A stretch of 64,000 bases of DNA, from contig NC_083413.1 of assembly GCF_020745735.1 (NCBI RefSeq), forward strand, positions 32,984,001-33,048,000, in the 5' to 3' direction. This document shows, one piece after another, positions 51,401-60,470 of the stretch (its first letter is position 1; each line of letters begins with the position of its first letter). This DNA comes from Hemiscyllium ocellatum (lineage: Eukaryota). The notes below the pieces were generated by a model. It searched no databases. It was not told the origin of the DNA and saw only the letters and a list, made by a program, of their open reading frames with translations. The translations under genes were made by a program, and so were the position numbers.

Positions 51401-54400
51401 ATTCTTTATAATAGACTCTAAGATAACTAGTCTTCTTCCCTTTCTAAATAAAAGTGTTCCATTAGCAGGTTGTCAATTCTGTGTCTTTTCCAGAATATCA
51501 GGATTTCAAGGATCCTAGGATGCATCCCATAGGTCCAAGGGACTTATTAGCCTTTAACACCATTAGTTTCCCTCTCACTTTTTCACTAGAGATAATTGGT
51601 GTAGCTCTCCCATTTGAGTCAGTAACAAAGAATAATCATTTTAATTTTCTCACTGTTTAGGTTGTCAGAGCATCAATGAATCACTGTTCAATGTCAGTTT
51701 ATTGATGGATGAATATAAATGGATTCTATCTATACCAACAGAGAAATTGTCAATGAGATTTCAAGAGGTATGTATCAATTTTAATGCATAAAAGCTTTCA
51801 TTGACAGGATTTATACGCACAAATTAAAATTTGAAATATTCATATGAGTTTTTCCTGTTAATGTGAAATGGTAAAGAACTCCTTGAACATGGAGGGATAT
51901 AAATTACAGCCTATTTTCTGCCAAATGCATGGCTCTCCATGTCTTCTCAGGGCTTACGATTTAAGCACCCATCTAAGTAAAGTGGTAGGTTTACAGTGGG
52001 TAAGCTTAATTCCTGTGACATATGTAAGGTCTTGATTAGCATTCCAGCATGATACTGTTCATCAGACATTGGTCACTTTCTCCACTGAGCCAGGTGTTCT
52101 GGGTTCAATTCCAACTCCAGAGACTGTGGTACGGAGGTACTGCTGCATTGTTGAAGGTAGCATCTTCCACAAGGGATGTCAGAGCAAGGTCCCCTCAAAC
52201 AAAAATAAAAGATTCTATGATATTATTCAAAATAACAGTAAAGATGTTACATCCAATATCCTGAGCTAAACTTATTCTTCAACTAACTATAACTGATGTT
52301 ATAGTCACCATTAAATTGTTAATTCTGGCACTGCCATGTGTTTAGATTGGCAGCTATGTTCTTAAATTACATCAGTAAATACACTTGAAAAGCACTTGAT
52401 TGTGAAGTATTTTTGGACATCCTCTGATTTTCTATATAAAGTCTTTTCTGTTACTGGGTCTAGTGTACCTTACACACTCCATCCAGTATCAACTGAAGAG
52501 GATTCCTGCAGGTAAATTTTCATTTACATTTGTAGGGCCAAGAGCAGTATAAATGGACAGCCTGTGAACCCTACAGCAAATGAAAGCCCTCCCCAAAACC
52601 TCAACCATACCTCTCCCCTCACCTTTATCCAAGATCCAAAACGATCCTTCAACATCGACAGAAATTTACTGTATTCCCATACACGTCATCTACTGCATCC
52701 GTTGCAACCAATGTGGTCTCCTCTACTTTGGGGATTCAGGACGCCAATTTGCAGATTGCTTTAGAGAACATCTCTGGAACACCCACACCAACAATCCCAC
52801 CACCCTGTAGCTAAACTCTAACTCCCCCTCCCACCCTGCCAAAAACAGGCATGTCCTAGGCCTCCTCCATTGCCAAACCCTAACCACCTGATGTTTGGAG
52901 AAAGAACGCCTCATCTTGCATCGTGACCCTCCAATCACACAGGATCAATGTGGATTTCACCACTAGATTCCCCGTTTCCCATCCCCCCACTTTATCCCAA
53001 TCTCAACCTCCCCACTCAGCATCGGCCTCTTGAACCGTCCTGCCTGTCCATCTTTCTTCCGACCTATCTGCATCACCCTCCTCTCCAACTTATCACTTTC
53101 ACCCCCACCTTCATCTACCTATTACATTCCCAGATATCTCTCCCCCAGCCCCACTCACCCTCCCATTTATCTCTCAGTCCCCTTGGCACACAAGCCTCAT
53201 TCCTGATGAAGGGCTTATGCCCAAAATGTCAACCCTCCTGCTCCTCAAATGCTCCCTAACCTGCTGTGCTTTTCCAGCACTATGCTCTATGACATCATAG
53301 CTCTCACTCAAGAAGCTGGACACCATCTATGAAAGCCATTCTGCTTTACTTGCACCCAATCCCTCATTTAAGCATTCACCTACTCCATTACTGATGCACA
53401 ATGGCCACAGTGTGTGCCATCCACAAGGTGCACTATTGCAATTCATCTCCCAAATCTATGAATTCTACCATCTATAACGTTGTGGTGGGAAAACCATAAC
53501 CTACAATTTCCTTTGCAAATCACAACCCTTCATGACCTAGAAAATATGTCACCTCACCATGTCACTGGGTCAAAATCCTGGAACCCTTCCTCACAGTTCT
53601 GCATATATCAATACCTCAGACGGTAGCTGTTAAGGAAGGCAACTCATTATCACCTTCTTTAAGGAGTACAGTGGAATCTCGATTATTCAAATATTGGATT
53701 ATCTGAAGGAGATCTTGAGGTCCCGTCAGAAACATTACATCAAAGACGCGTCTTTAGGTTACAGTGATTAAAAGTGCACTCAATGCTGCCAAGAACAATC
53801 CTAGATTGATGGGAGCACAGGCTCCGTCTCTAAATGACGGACCTCCCACCCTCTTTCTCTCCTCACACATTCCCTGGAATTCTACACAGGGGTGTACCCT
53901 AAACCACCCCTTCCCCAGATAATCTCTCAACATTGTCCTGTACAGGGCAATGGTGGAACCTGTCAAAATGTTGCAGTAAATTGTGCGTGTGTGTGTGTAT
54001 ATACACGCTATTTGCCGACTCACCTTCCAAAAGGCAGTAGTAGCAGCAGGGTCTATGTTTGACGGGTTGGGGAGCAGATGGGATTGGGGGGTGGGGTCAG
54101 TGTTGGAAAGATTTGGGGCGGGCGGGGGTGGTGTTGGACGGGGCGGGGGTGGGGTGGGGGTCGGTGTTGGAGGGGGGGCAGTCAGAGGGGCAGTGTTGGA
54201 TGGGATTGGGGGCAAGGGCTCACGCGCGGTGTGCTGCTGCCTAGTCTGAACAGGGAGCAGACTTTACAGAAAACTCTGAGCCCCAGAGCAAAGGCATTGA
54301 ATCGATTAACCAAATAAATCGATGATCTGAACGAAACAGTGCCAGCTCATCTCTTTTGGATAAATAGAGGTTCCTCTGTATTAGGAATGGGCAATAAATG

Positions 54401-55153
54401 CTGGCCTTCCTAGCTACACTCACGTCTAATGAAAAAATTAAAAGCAAACGTTGTCTAATGCAACAAAACATGTATTTAAATACTGACACATGGTGCTGTA
54501 TTGTATCATGGCATCGAGTGAATTATAATTACTCTCACTGTACATTCTGTTAGTTTATATATTCATCATTTTGTCTTTCATCTCTTATAACAAGCTCAAA
54601 ACAATCAAATATACTTTCCCTTATACCCACTCCTTTTCAGAGGTTACCTTCCTCTCAGATCCCTTGCTTTTTCTTCTATCAACATGATTTCTTCTTGCTC
54701 ATCATCTGGCACTTTTCCATTGCCATTTGTAGCTTTTTTACGGAGTGACAAATGTGCGTGTGTACTCTCCTGTGTTATTGTTTCTCTTTTCTAGTAATTT
54801 AGCTTTGTCTGATATTTCTACAATCCTAGACTGAATTAGACACTAATCATCTGGCATAGATTCTTGTGGATAATAGATATGGTTCTCTCAGTCAATTTTA
54901 TATTAATTAAATAGCGGTTGATAAATGCAATTTTTTTGCTCAATGGAACTTTACTTGTTGCATTTGTGTTCTTGTCCAGGTTCTGGTAGACATGGCTTCT
55001 AAAAATGAGAAAGGGCTGTTTAAGGCACGGGTGAAAGCTATGGTTGGAGATCGGCCTACAACCTTTAACAGTCTGATTGGATTGGAGAATGACTCCTTTT
55101 ACAGAAGCATGGCATGGGTTATTGGCCAGGGCTTGGATGCTTTACGAACATAG
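3297..55153 (+). CDS. PRSS56: PRSS56 orthologue, 5'-incomplete spliced gene model: join(3297-3491,3787-3840,13848-14034,15041-15149,18736-18895,22493-22635,27994-28153,30858-31046,39547-39717,42084-42177,45645-45804,46119-46257,47782-47871,51661-51767,54980-55153)
   Basis: All 15 exons have AG/GT borders and compatible phases, with no internal stop. Trypsin-type domain (IVGG, TAAHC, DIALL, GDSGGP) is followed by the PRSS56-specific C-terminal region: REPTC..RLCAFY..CELR..LL.LL, GC..WIL.IP.E.L.M.F.E, VL.D..SK..GLF.A.V.A..G.R..F..L.GLE, matching human PRSS56 as recalled. Confidence 0.93.
3787..3840 (+). CDS. PRSS56: PRSS56 short pro-region exon (54 nt, phase 1-1)
   Basis: Acceptor ttttttttacag|, donor G|gtaaga. 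Encodes [18 protein letters not shown], in frame with both neighbours. Confidence 0.75.
3885..4085. mobile_element. Decayed palindromic mini-PLE (same terminus family as the 8.2-11 kb PLE)
   Basis: Left arm is the reverse complement of the right arm (atgaag.a.cagcgct...aaag.ttgtgattttaaat...ctggtgt..gacttctga). It matches 10880-11003. Confidence 0.75.
4909..5224 (-). mobile_element. HE1-type V-SINE
   Basis: Reverse complement of the SINE at 308, with full head (gggcagcacggtggctcagtggttagcactgctgcc) and aatct tail. Confidence 0.9.
7214..7348 (-). mobile_element. PLE pseudo-LTR fragment with hammerhead motif
   Basis: Reverse complement of 10830-10970; core cctgatgaaggagcagcgctctgaaagctag. Confidence 0.85.
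7770..8217 (-). mobile_element. CR1/HER1 LINE 3' end
   Basis: ORF 7823-8107 ([20 protein letters not shown]) and gactctat tail. Confidence 0.88.
8218..11003 (+). mobile_element. Penelope-like retroelement (RT + GIY-YIG endonuclease), 5'-truncated and lightly disrupted; Cys-rich linker suggests Neptune type
   Basis: Motifs [39 protein letters not shown], linker [24 protein letters not shown]. Frameshift at about 8720, in-frame TAA at 9809 and 9908, end TGA at 10234. CA-rich 3' region and a hammerhead-bearing terminus. Confidence 0.95.
10878..10914 (+). ncRNA. Minimal type I hammerhead ribozyme motif (PLE terminus)
   Basis: cac-CTGATGA-a-ggagc atc gctct-GAAA-gctA-gtg. Palindromic AGCT stem III and 3-bp stem I (cac/gtg). 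Confidence 0.75.
12662..12881. mobile_element. Young palindromic mini-PLE with hammerhead and 17-bp TSD
   Basis: 83-bp inverted arms at 12699-12781 and 12799-12881 with 1 mismatch. gcatcaatttggacttc at 12645-12661 and 12880-12896. Confidence 0.9.
12788..12821 (+). ncRNA. Minimal type I hammerhead ribozyme motif, intact core
   Basis: ttc-CTGATGA-a-gggc tctg gccc-GAAAC-GTC-gaa. Stem II gggc/gccc, palindromic ACGT stem III, GUC cleavage triplet, stem I ttc/gaa. Confidence 0.8.
13848..14034 (+). CDS. PRSS56: PRSS56 exon: activation site and catalytic His
   Basis: Acceptor cttcctttcag|, donor GG|gtgaga. Encodes [62 protein letters not shown]. Confidence 0.96.
15041..15149 (+). CDS. PRSS56: PRSS56 protease-domain exon (phase 2-0)
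   Basis: Acceptor tttcattcag|, donor AAG|gtaaag. Encodes [36 protein letters not shown]. Confidence 0.94.
15525..15876 (-). mobile_element. CR1/HER1 LINE 3' end
   Basis: Reverse complement of the 33870-34200 terminus. Confidence 0.88.
16590..18000 (+). mobile_element. Decayed CR1 LINE ORF2
   Basis: [20 protein letters not shown] remnants and a 3' tail, with many lesions. Confidence 0.8.
18736..18895 (+). CDS. PRSS56: PRSS56 exon: catalytic Asp (phase 0-1)
   Basis: Acceptor ttattctag|, donor G|gtaaga. Encodes [53 protein letters not shown]. Confidence 0.96.
19350..20605 (+). mobile_element. Decayed CR1 LINE 3' part
   Basis: WQMxYNVxKCE, [17 protein letters not shown] remnants and tatgtt tail. 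Confidence 0.78.
20381..20499 (+). mobile_element. Short PLE-terminus insertion with 12-bp TSD
   Basis: gatgctgcctgacctgctgtg..ccagcatctgcag terminus. aggaatatggag at 20369-20380 and 20500-20511. Confidence 0.85.
21118..21500 (-). mobile_element. CR1/HER1 LINE 3' end
   Basis: ORF 21101-21397 ([21 protein letters not shown]) and (gactctat)n tail. Confidence 0.9.
22493..22635 (+). CDS. PRSS56: PRSS56 exon: S1-pocket Asp189 (phase 1-0)
   Basis: Acceptor ataaacag|, donor CAG|gtaagc. Encodes [48 protein letters not shown]. Confidence 0.95.
22655..22832. mobile_element. Old palindromic PLE-terminus remnant just downstream of an exon donor
   Basis: ctcagcaggtcaggcag is inverted against ctgcctgatctgttgag. 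Confidence 0.6.
24470..24601 (+). mobile_element. Short PLE-terminus insertion with hammerhead motif
   Basis: CTGATGA(24511)-gggc tttt gccc-GAAAC-GTT. aatgtgcagga at 24459-24469 and 24602-24612. Confidence 0.8.
24871..25032 (-). mobile_element. CR1/HER1 extreme 3' fragment
   Basis: Same terminus as 21118-21290. Confidence 0.85.
26171..26388. mobile_element. Palindromic mini-PLE with intact hammerhead core
   Basis: Same architecture as 12662-12881. CTGATGA(26301)-gggc tcat gccc-GAAAC-GTC. ataatgg at 26164-26170 and 26389-26395. Confidence 0.88.
27994..28153 (+). CDS. PRSS56: PRSS56 exon: catalytic Ser (phase 0-1)
   Basis: Acceptor ccttttatag|, donor A|gtaaat. Encodes [53 protein letters not shown]. 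Confidence 0.96.
28780..29750. repeat. Pyrimidine-skewed (C/T-rich) low-complexity tract
   Basis: Strong G depletion on the + strand, especially 29340-29745. Confidence 0.7.
30858..31046 (+). CDS. PRSS56: PRSS56 exon: C-terminal six-Cys module (phase 1-1)
   Basis: Acceptor gtccttccag|, donor G|gtaagc. Encodes [62 protein letters not shown] (human, from memory: REPSC...RLCAFYARLCP). Confidence 0.93.
31180..31612 (+). mobile_element. Old CR1 3' fragment
   Basis: LEKLDCSP/ctggagaagctggattgttctccttg, and tatgattctatga tail. Confidence 0.7.
32034..34205 (+). mobile_element. CR1/HER1 LINE, 5'-truncated ORF2 (RT) with intact 3' end
   Basis: [41 protein letters not shown] motifs. Frameshifts present. 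(ctatgagt/ctatgact) tail. Confidence 0.96.
34455..35040 (+). mobile_element. Non-CR1 LINE 3' fragment (L2/Crack-like)
   Basis: [37 protein letters not shown] and tail gcaataaatgc..atgaatga. A related copy lies at about 53310-54435. Confidence 0.65.
35432..37236 (-). mobile_element. Penelope-like retroelement (RT + GIY-YIG), 5'-truncated, 15-bp TSD
   Basis: [52 protein letters not shown] motifs. Hammerhead-like core at 35500-35525. tactttattcagtta at 35417-35431 and 37237-37251. Confidence 0.95.
37557..38470 (+). mobile_element. Decayed PLE of a different clade (Penelope/Poseidon-like EN) with an inverted 5' segment
   Basis: [23 protein letters not shown] at 37976-38075. 37566-37630 is inverted against 37877-37940. 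Degenerate gtgagga..gtc.cc/gggac..aaaac core at about 38360. Confidence 0.75.
39547..39717 (+). CDS. PRSS56: PRSS56 exon: amphipathic helical segment (phase 1-1)
   Basis: Acceptor tttatttcag|, donor G|gtatac. Encodes [57 protein letters not shown]. Confidence 0.88.
40290..40930 (+). mobile_element. Decayed CR1 3' part
   Basis: [16 protein letters not shown] remnants and a cctgctcctatttcttatg tail. Confidence 0.75.
41198..41540 (+). mobile_element. HE1-type V-SINE
   Basis: A/B boxes and V-domain as at 308. Confidence 0.9.
42084..42177 (+). CDS. PRSS56: PRSS56 linker exon (phase 1-2)
   Basis: Weak acceptor (aataattaaaag|), strong donor AG|gtgagc. Encodes [31 protein letters not shown]. Its phases bridge 39717 to 45645. 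Confidence 0.65.
43820..45088 (+). mobile_element. CR1 LINE RT/3' fragment
   Basis: [30 protein letters not shown]-like motifs. Confidence 0.92.
45645..45804 (+). CDS. PRSS56: PRSS56 linker exon (phase 2-0)
   Basis: Acceptor cctctcttttcaag|, donor CAG|gtatag. Encodes [53 protein letters not shown]. Confidence 0.75.
46119..46257 (+). CDS. PRSS56: PRSS56 linker exon (phase 0-1)
   Basis: Acceptor ccaaaaaacag|, donor G|gtatgt. Encodes [46 protein letters not shown]. Confidence 0.68.
46475..46806. mobile_element. Tc1/mariner (Tigger/pogo-like) MITE
   Basis: Left TIR ta|caggtagaagatccttaatctgaa versus reverse complement of the right end, cagatagaaaatcctttatctgaa. Confidence 0.8.
47782..47871 (+). 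CDS. PRSS56: PRSS56 linker exon (phase 1-1)
   Basis: Acceptor atttttaatag|, donor G|gtgagt. Encodes [30 protein letters not shown], giving the junction ..AN-GC (human, from memory: ..EANGC). Confidence 0.75.
50145..50346 (+). mobile_element. Ancient unclassified SINE-like element
   Basis: gcctgaggtggggtaaccctcaggttaaac..gggactatggtgacttt. Related copies at about 31778-31878 (+) and 55605-55800 (-, in the 3'UTR). Confidence 0.6.
50365..50694 (-). mobile_element. PLE pseudo-LTR insertion with ~16-bp TSD
   Basis: CTGATGA core at 50453-50459 with GAAA mutated. agtttcagca(a/c)aacct at 50349-50364 and 50695-50710. Confidence 0.85.
51661..51767 (+). CDS. PRSS56: PRSS56 penultimate exon (phase 1-0)
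   Basis: Acceptor cactgtttag|, donor GAG|gtatgt. Encodes [36 protein letters not shown]. Confidence 0.92.
52065..52447 (+). mobile_element. Deu-domain SINE (SacSINE1/AmnSINE1-like)
   Basis: B-box gggttcaattcc; gtac.gagg..tgctgcattgt.gaagg; taaaagat...atg; attggcagc..ttaca.cagt..tacactt.aaaag; tatataaagtct tail. Matches the Deu-SINE consensus as recalled. Confidence 0.7.
52600..53290 (+). mobile_element. PLE endonuclease fragment plus pseudo-LTR
   Basis: [39 protein letters not shown] at 53203 with GAAA mutated. Confidence 0.88.
53669..54378. mobile_element. Tigger/pogo-like non-autonomous DNA transposon, TA TSD
   Basis: ta|cagtggaatctcgattattcaaa ... tttggataaatagaggttcctctg|ta. Inserted in an older LINE tail. 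Confidence 0.85.
54980..55153 (+). CDS. PRSS56: PRSS56 terminal coding exon with stop
   Basis: Acceptor cttgtccag|. Encodes [57 protein letters not shown] (TAG at 55151-55153). Confidence 0.93.
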   Translation, partial: VLVDMASKNEKGLFKARVKAMVGDRPTTFNSLIGLENDSFYRSMAWVIGQGLDALRT

Positions 55154-56517
55154 TGCAGTGCAATGAATGGGGTATTTGCAACTCTGTTTCTCTTGTTGGG
55201 ATTCTGATGTTAACACATACGCGCATGTTTCCAGTAATATGAAAAATTCAACAATGTAGGGAGAATTTACTACATTGTTTTGGTTGCAGCACCTCCACAA
55301 CTTTTAGCAGTTGGAAAATGAGGAAGGAATTAAAACTTCCATGAAACATTACAAGGCCTTTCACAGAATTACTTTCAAATGCAGTGACTGCTGTGTGGTC
55401 AAAAACAATGTACCAACAGGTTTCGTATTAAATTGAAATGTTTGGATTATTTTTTCAAAGATTTTAGAACTTCTCAGTAACACAGACTCAGTTTTGGAAC
55501 CTGAAGGAGTAAAGTTATTTATGCTGTTGACCAAAATTCAAAAATGGAATATCTTAAATATCTCGTTTTTGGTCCTGATAAGTTATGAAAAATGTCAACT
55601 GAAAGAAAAGCCACCATAGTCCTGCCTTCTCATTTGAGAGTGACAGCTGGTGGTGAATTTAACCTGAGGGCCATTACTTCAGGTAAGGGGAGATGTTGAG
55701 AATGAGAGTCCTTTATGATAGCTTCAGATGGTATAAGAATTAAACCTAGGCCATTAGCATCATTCTACATTGAAAGGCAGCTATCCAGCCAATTGAGCTA
55801 GTCTACCACCCAACAAAACCCATTGGGTAGCCATCAGAAGTTATTTTGCTGGAACACCAATTGTGTTCAATACAAAATACATCATCTGTACAATTATTTG
55901 TCACTACAGATATCTTGTGGGAAGAATTAAGAGAAAGGAAGAAATTAATATGTCTTCAGTATTGTTAGTTTTCCTAAAACAAGTACTATTACAAACTTGG
56001 TCACCTTGATATGAGAAACATAACTTCATTGTGTGGAGTAAATTTGTGATTAATATATTTTCCCTGCATTTGTGCTTAAAGACAAGAAATAGTGTGGAAA
56101 ATAGTCGGTTAAACTTGGTGACTTCGAAGACGATAGGGGATCTTTTGTAGTATGTTTCCAAAATGGTTAATCAACCTCATTCTGTAGAATAACCCTAAGT
56201 TTTTGACAAACTTCAAATTATTGATTACAAATGGTGAAAAAAAACTACCTGCTACTTTAAATTGTAAATGCTTACAACCCACAAATTCTGACATTACTAA
56301 TTTTTCAGATATTTTGGGCTATCTACATTGTACAAATATAACTTCTTGTATATTTACAGTTAGTTGATGAGGTTAATAAGTCAAAATGCATTCAAGTACA
56401 ATATAGTAACGTTAATGTTGGGTTAAAAATTATTCACTTGTGTTGATCTCAGGCAGAAAAGTAGACCTTTTGGGGTGTGTTTGGAAGTTGTCTTCCTTCA
56501 CCGCAGGATGGCGGACA

Positions 56518-56604
<87 letters not shown>
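56518..56604. repeat. (CA)n microsatellite in the putative 3'UTR
   Basis: About 42 perfect CA units. Confidence 0.98.
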
Positions 56605-56606
<2 letters not shown>

Positions 56607-57252
56607 CGATTGAAATAGTCCATGGTCATGTTGCTTCTCCATCTGCATTTACACCTGAAAATTGCATCAAGTAGACTCCCTCTTCACACCTTAAACTGGC
56701 AACCACATTCATGCATGTGAAAATCAGTCAGTTGCTCCATAGATTTCTGATGCTCACAGGTAACATATCCAATCGAAGTAGACTGTAAAACATCAGATCA
56801 TTAACTCAAAAGGATGTATATATTTAAGCTTCCTCAACAAATACAATCCATAAAACAAGTCAACTTCAATCCTCAAAACAGCCCTGGATTATAGCTTGGT
56901 TTTGCCAGAAAATTAGTCCCAGTTTATGGTTTGTTTACTTTTTATTTTCTTAGAAAGCTGCTAAATTCTTGCTACTTTCAGAAATTTTGAAGTACTAAAT
57001 GCAATAGTCAGCACATGCTGGGAAGCGCAGGTCAATGTTTCTCAAAGCATTTCCGTCTTTTGTAAAAAAAAACCTGTATATATAAATATGTATAAATGGT
57101 ACTTATCCATTCTTTTGTTAATAGATTGAAGTGCAACATGACAGAATCACTGCTGCTATGATGGTATTGCTGTGAAGACACTTATTTATTGTTTGTTCAA
57201 TGTATTTGATGCAATTTCTTTACATTTGTGCTGAAAAGGCATCATAACTGAA

Positions 57253-57258
57253 AATAAA
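57253..57258 (+). promoter_or_regulatory. Candidate polyadenylation signal AATAAA of PRSS56 (~2.1 kb 3'UTR)
   Basis: AATAAA downstream of an AU-rich, UTR-like stretch (tgtatatataaatatgtataaat, cttatttattg). It is the first clear AATAAA I saw after the stop. Confidence 0.55.
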
Positions 57259-58664
57259 GGGGTTAGTAAAGCAAATGTCCTCAGATTTGATAATTTAATT
57301 GACCTTCAATTTCACCCAGACCAAACTTGATTATTCTTTAAAATAATGCCGCCATCTCATTTTGCCACTGACTTGCATTTATATAGCTTTGTGTCATGGG
57401 AACCATATCCAAGATGCCTTACAGAGGAGGCAATAGGCAAACAAATCACTTTGCAGCATAGTAGGAATGTTATCTGAAAGTTTAGCTCCAGATTTGGATA
57501 TTGAAAAAGTTTCTTCAGCTGTGAAGGAAGTTAGAGAGCTTTTCATTCAGAACAGGAGTTACAGATTCTCATTTATTCTCTACTCTATTGACTCTGGAGT
57601 AGTTGAATTTGATCAAGAAGAATGAGGTGCACTGATGATTGACAGTCAAGCCAGATTTAGTGGTGGACAAGACTGCTTGTTCTTCAGAATTTATGGAGTA
57701 CAGGTAGAACATTTATTCTAGGAACTCCATAATTTGGAGGATCTGTGTAGTGATTGGAACCAGATTGACATTATCGAATGCAAGGTCATTGATTGGCCAA
57801 ATCTGGAAAGCCTTGACTGACTAATAGAACCAGATGAGAATCTCCTCAGTTGAGGACTGACTCTGAGCTGGCTGGAAAAAAATATGACCAGGTGAGAATC
57901 TCCTCAGTTCAGGGGACAACTTCAAGCTGGCTGGCTGCAGCCAGTGATCTGTGCATAAGTAAATACGGGTGACGTTGTGATGGGATACCAGCTTCTGTGT
58001 AGTTATTTCATTCTGATTAAGTGGGGATGCAGATTTCAAAGACTGAAATAGGGAAGCAACTTAAAGAAGCAACATGCATTTTATTTTCCATCTCGGAGAA
58101 AATCCATCACGCTGCATATGTCATCACATTAAATGGCATGTATAAAGGATATGACAACACATATTTGGATAAGTTTGGTTTTACAAACATTCCTGCAAGG
58201 AAATGTAGAAGACTGCGCACAGTATGGGCACTGGAATCTTGAAATCAAGAATTTTCATGAAAGTTTTGTTTATATTTCTACTAATGTACAACCAGGATTA
58301 AATTGTGAATGTAATTTACTTTTTTTATTTCAGATCTAGCTGATCTGAGATGTGATCAGGATCCCCATTATCTATCTGCACTATAGGGATTCTATGGTTC
58401 TATGATTATTTTCCAATTGATACAAATCCTGCCATCAGATACAAAAAAAATCTAATCCATCTCTTTCTTGACTTTGTTGTTTTCTCTGTATATCTAATTA
58501 GTCATGAGGGGAAAATGCTATTGCGGGAGAAAACTCGCGTTTGTACCTATTACTGTCTTCACTTTGATAGAATTCAGTCTGTTTGTCCCATAGCTGAAAG
58601 ACTGTTATTAAAGTACATTAATAATCTAATGCTATTTTATTTTATCTTCATTTCGGAACAAAGG

Positions 58665-60470
58665 ATCAGCAGTGGGCCATTCAGCCCCTTGATCCTGTAT
58701 TACAATTCATTGAGATCATGTCTGATCTGCAGCCTAATTCCATACACCTGTTTTTGGCCCAGGTCCCTAATAAAGTCATACAGCATGAAACAGATTGGCA
58801 TGGACAAGTTGGACTGAACAATCAGTTTCTCAAACTAAACAGACTCAATCTGCTGGTATATGGCCCTCTAAACCTTTCCTATTCAAGCATCTGTCCAAAT
58901 GTCTTTTAAATTATGTACGTGTACCTGCATTTACCACTTCCTATGGCAATTCATTCCCCATACATACAAACCACAAATACTTTTGCTTAACAATCAGTTA
59001 GCTATCTCAGATTTAAAATTAACAGGTGACGCGGCATCAACTACCATTAGTGGAAAAGAGTTCCAAATCTCTACTATCCTGTGTTTAGAAGCAAAACCAG
59101 AAATGGCTGGAAAAGCTCAGGTCTAGCAGCATCCATGGAGAGAAGTCAGAGTTAACATTTTGGGTTAAGTGACCCTTCCTCAGAACAGATGGTAGCTAGG
59201 AAAATGTCAGTTTATGTGCAGAAGGTAGGGCAGTGTGGAGGGGAGTTGGGGTGGGGTGGAAGGTTAGGGAGTAAATGATAGGTGGGGATGGAGCCCAAAG
59301 AAAGGGGAGAACAGTTGGACAGAGAGTAGATAACAATCTGGCTAGAAAAGGTAACTATTGATGGGGACTGTTAGTGGCTAACAATGGTTTGTATATAATA
59401 GCAGGCTGTGTCAACAAGACCTGATGTGTGGGTGTTGGGCTAAGGACATGGGAAACCTCAAGCCTGAAAGTTACTGAACTCAGTATTGAGTCCAGAAGGC
59501 TGTAAGGTCCCCAAGTGGAAATGAGGTGCTGTTTTTCCAGCTTTGCTGAGAAACGTTGGAACACTGCAGCAAGCCTGAGACAGAGATGTTGGCCAGGGAA
59601 TAAAGGTGGTGTGTTGAAGTCGCAGGCAACTGGAAGCTCAGGGACAGAGAACATAGGTCTATGTTCATTTCCCCAGTGTGGAGGAGACCACATTCAGTAG
59701 ACTAGATTGTGTGAAATGCAGCTAAAACGCTGCTTCACTTGGAAGGTGAATTTGGGCTCTAGGATACTGAGGAAGGAGGAAGCAAATGGGCAGGTTTTAC
59801 AGCTTTAGCAGTTTCAGGGGAAGGTGCCGTGAGGCTGTGGGGGTTTGTTGGGAATGAAGGAAGAGTGGACCAGGCTCCCACGATGGGAATGGTCCTTGGA
59901 GAAGGCTGAGAAAGGACAGAAGGAAAATGTGTGTCTGGTAGTAGCACCTCACTGGAGGTGGCAGAAATGGCAGCTAATGACCCTCTGGAAGTGGATGCTG
60001 GAGTGGTGATGGTAGGTGAGGACAAGGGGGAACCTATTGCTGTTGCAGGATGCAAGTGAGGGGATAAGGGCTGAAGTGTGAGAGAGATTGGACCTGGCTG
60101 GGTGCCCTGTAAACAATAGTGTTGTGTGTAGAAATACTTCTTAACATCCCTCCTGTATGGTCTGGCCCTGAGTTTTAGACAACACCTCGTTGTTCTAGAA
60201 TCCCCATCCAGTGGGAACAGTTTGTCTTTATATACCCTGTTATTTCATGTTAATATCTTAAGGATTTATAAATGCGAGATAAAAATCAGACTAATTTGTA
60301 TAATCTCTCCTCATAATTTAATCCCTGAAGTCCAGGCAAAATTCTTGTAAACCTGTGTTGTACTCCATCCAGGCCTTTTAAATATATCCTTCCAAACGTG
60401 TGGTGCTGAGATCTGCTCATAGTACGCTCAGTGGGGACAAACCAGGGTTTTGAGTTTCTGCAACATAATC
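58665..60470 (-). mobile_element. Cluster of CR1 3' fragments, split by a PLE
   Basis: LDGVQHRFTRILPGLQGLNYEERLYKL at 60286-60380. CR1 tail text at 58665-59080. Confidence 0.7.
59091..60122 (-). mobile_element. Decayed PLE (EN + pseudo-LTR)
   Basis: PVACDFN..AKLEKQHLI; degenerate CTGAGGA core at about 59175. tgtgt(t/g)tagaa at both flanks. Confidence 0.8.

Larger units (their letters stand above)
49625..51570 (-). mobile_element. Decayed CR1 LINE with nested SINE and PLE
   Basis: ORF 49702-49965 ([23 protein letters not shown]), plus more upstream RT remnants at 50700-51570. Confidence 0.75.

Noticed and set aside
53754-54317. Pro-rich and Gly-rich ORFs, also 48653-48940 and 56430-56674
   Set aside because: Translations of G-rich or microsatellite low-complexity sequence.
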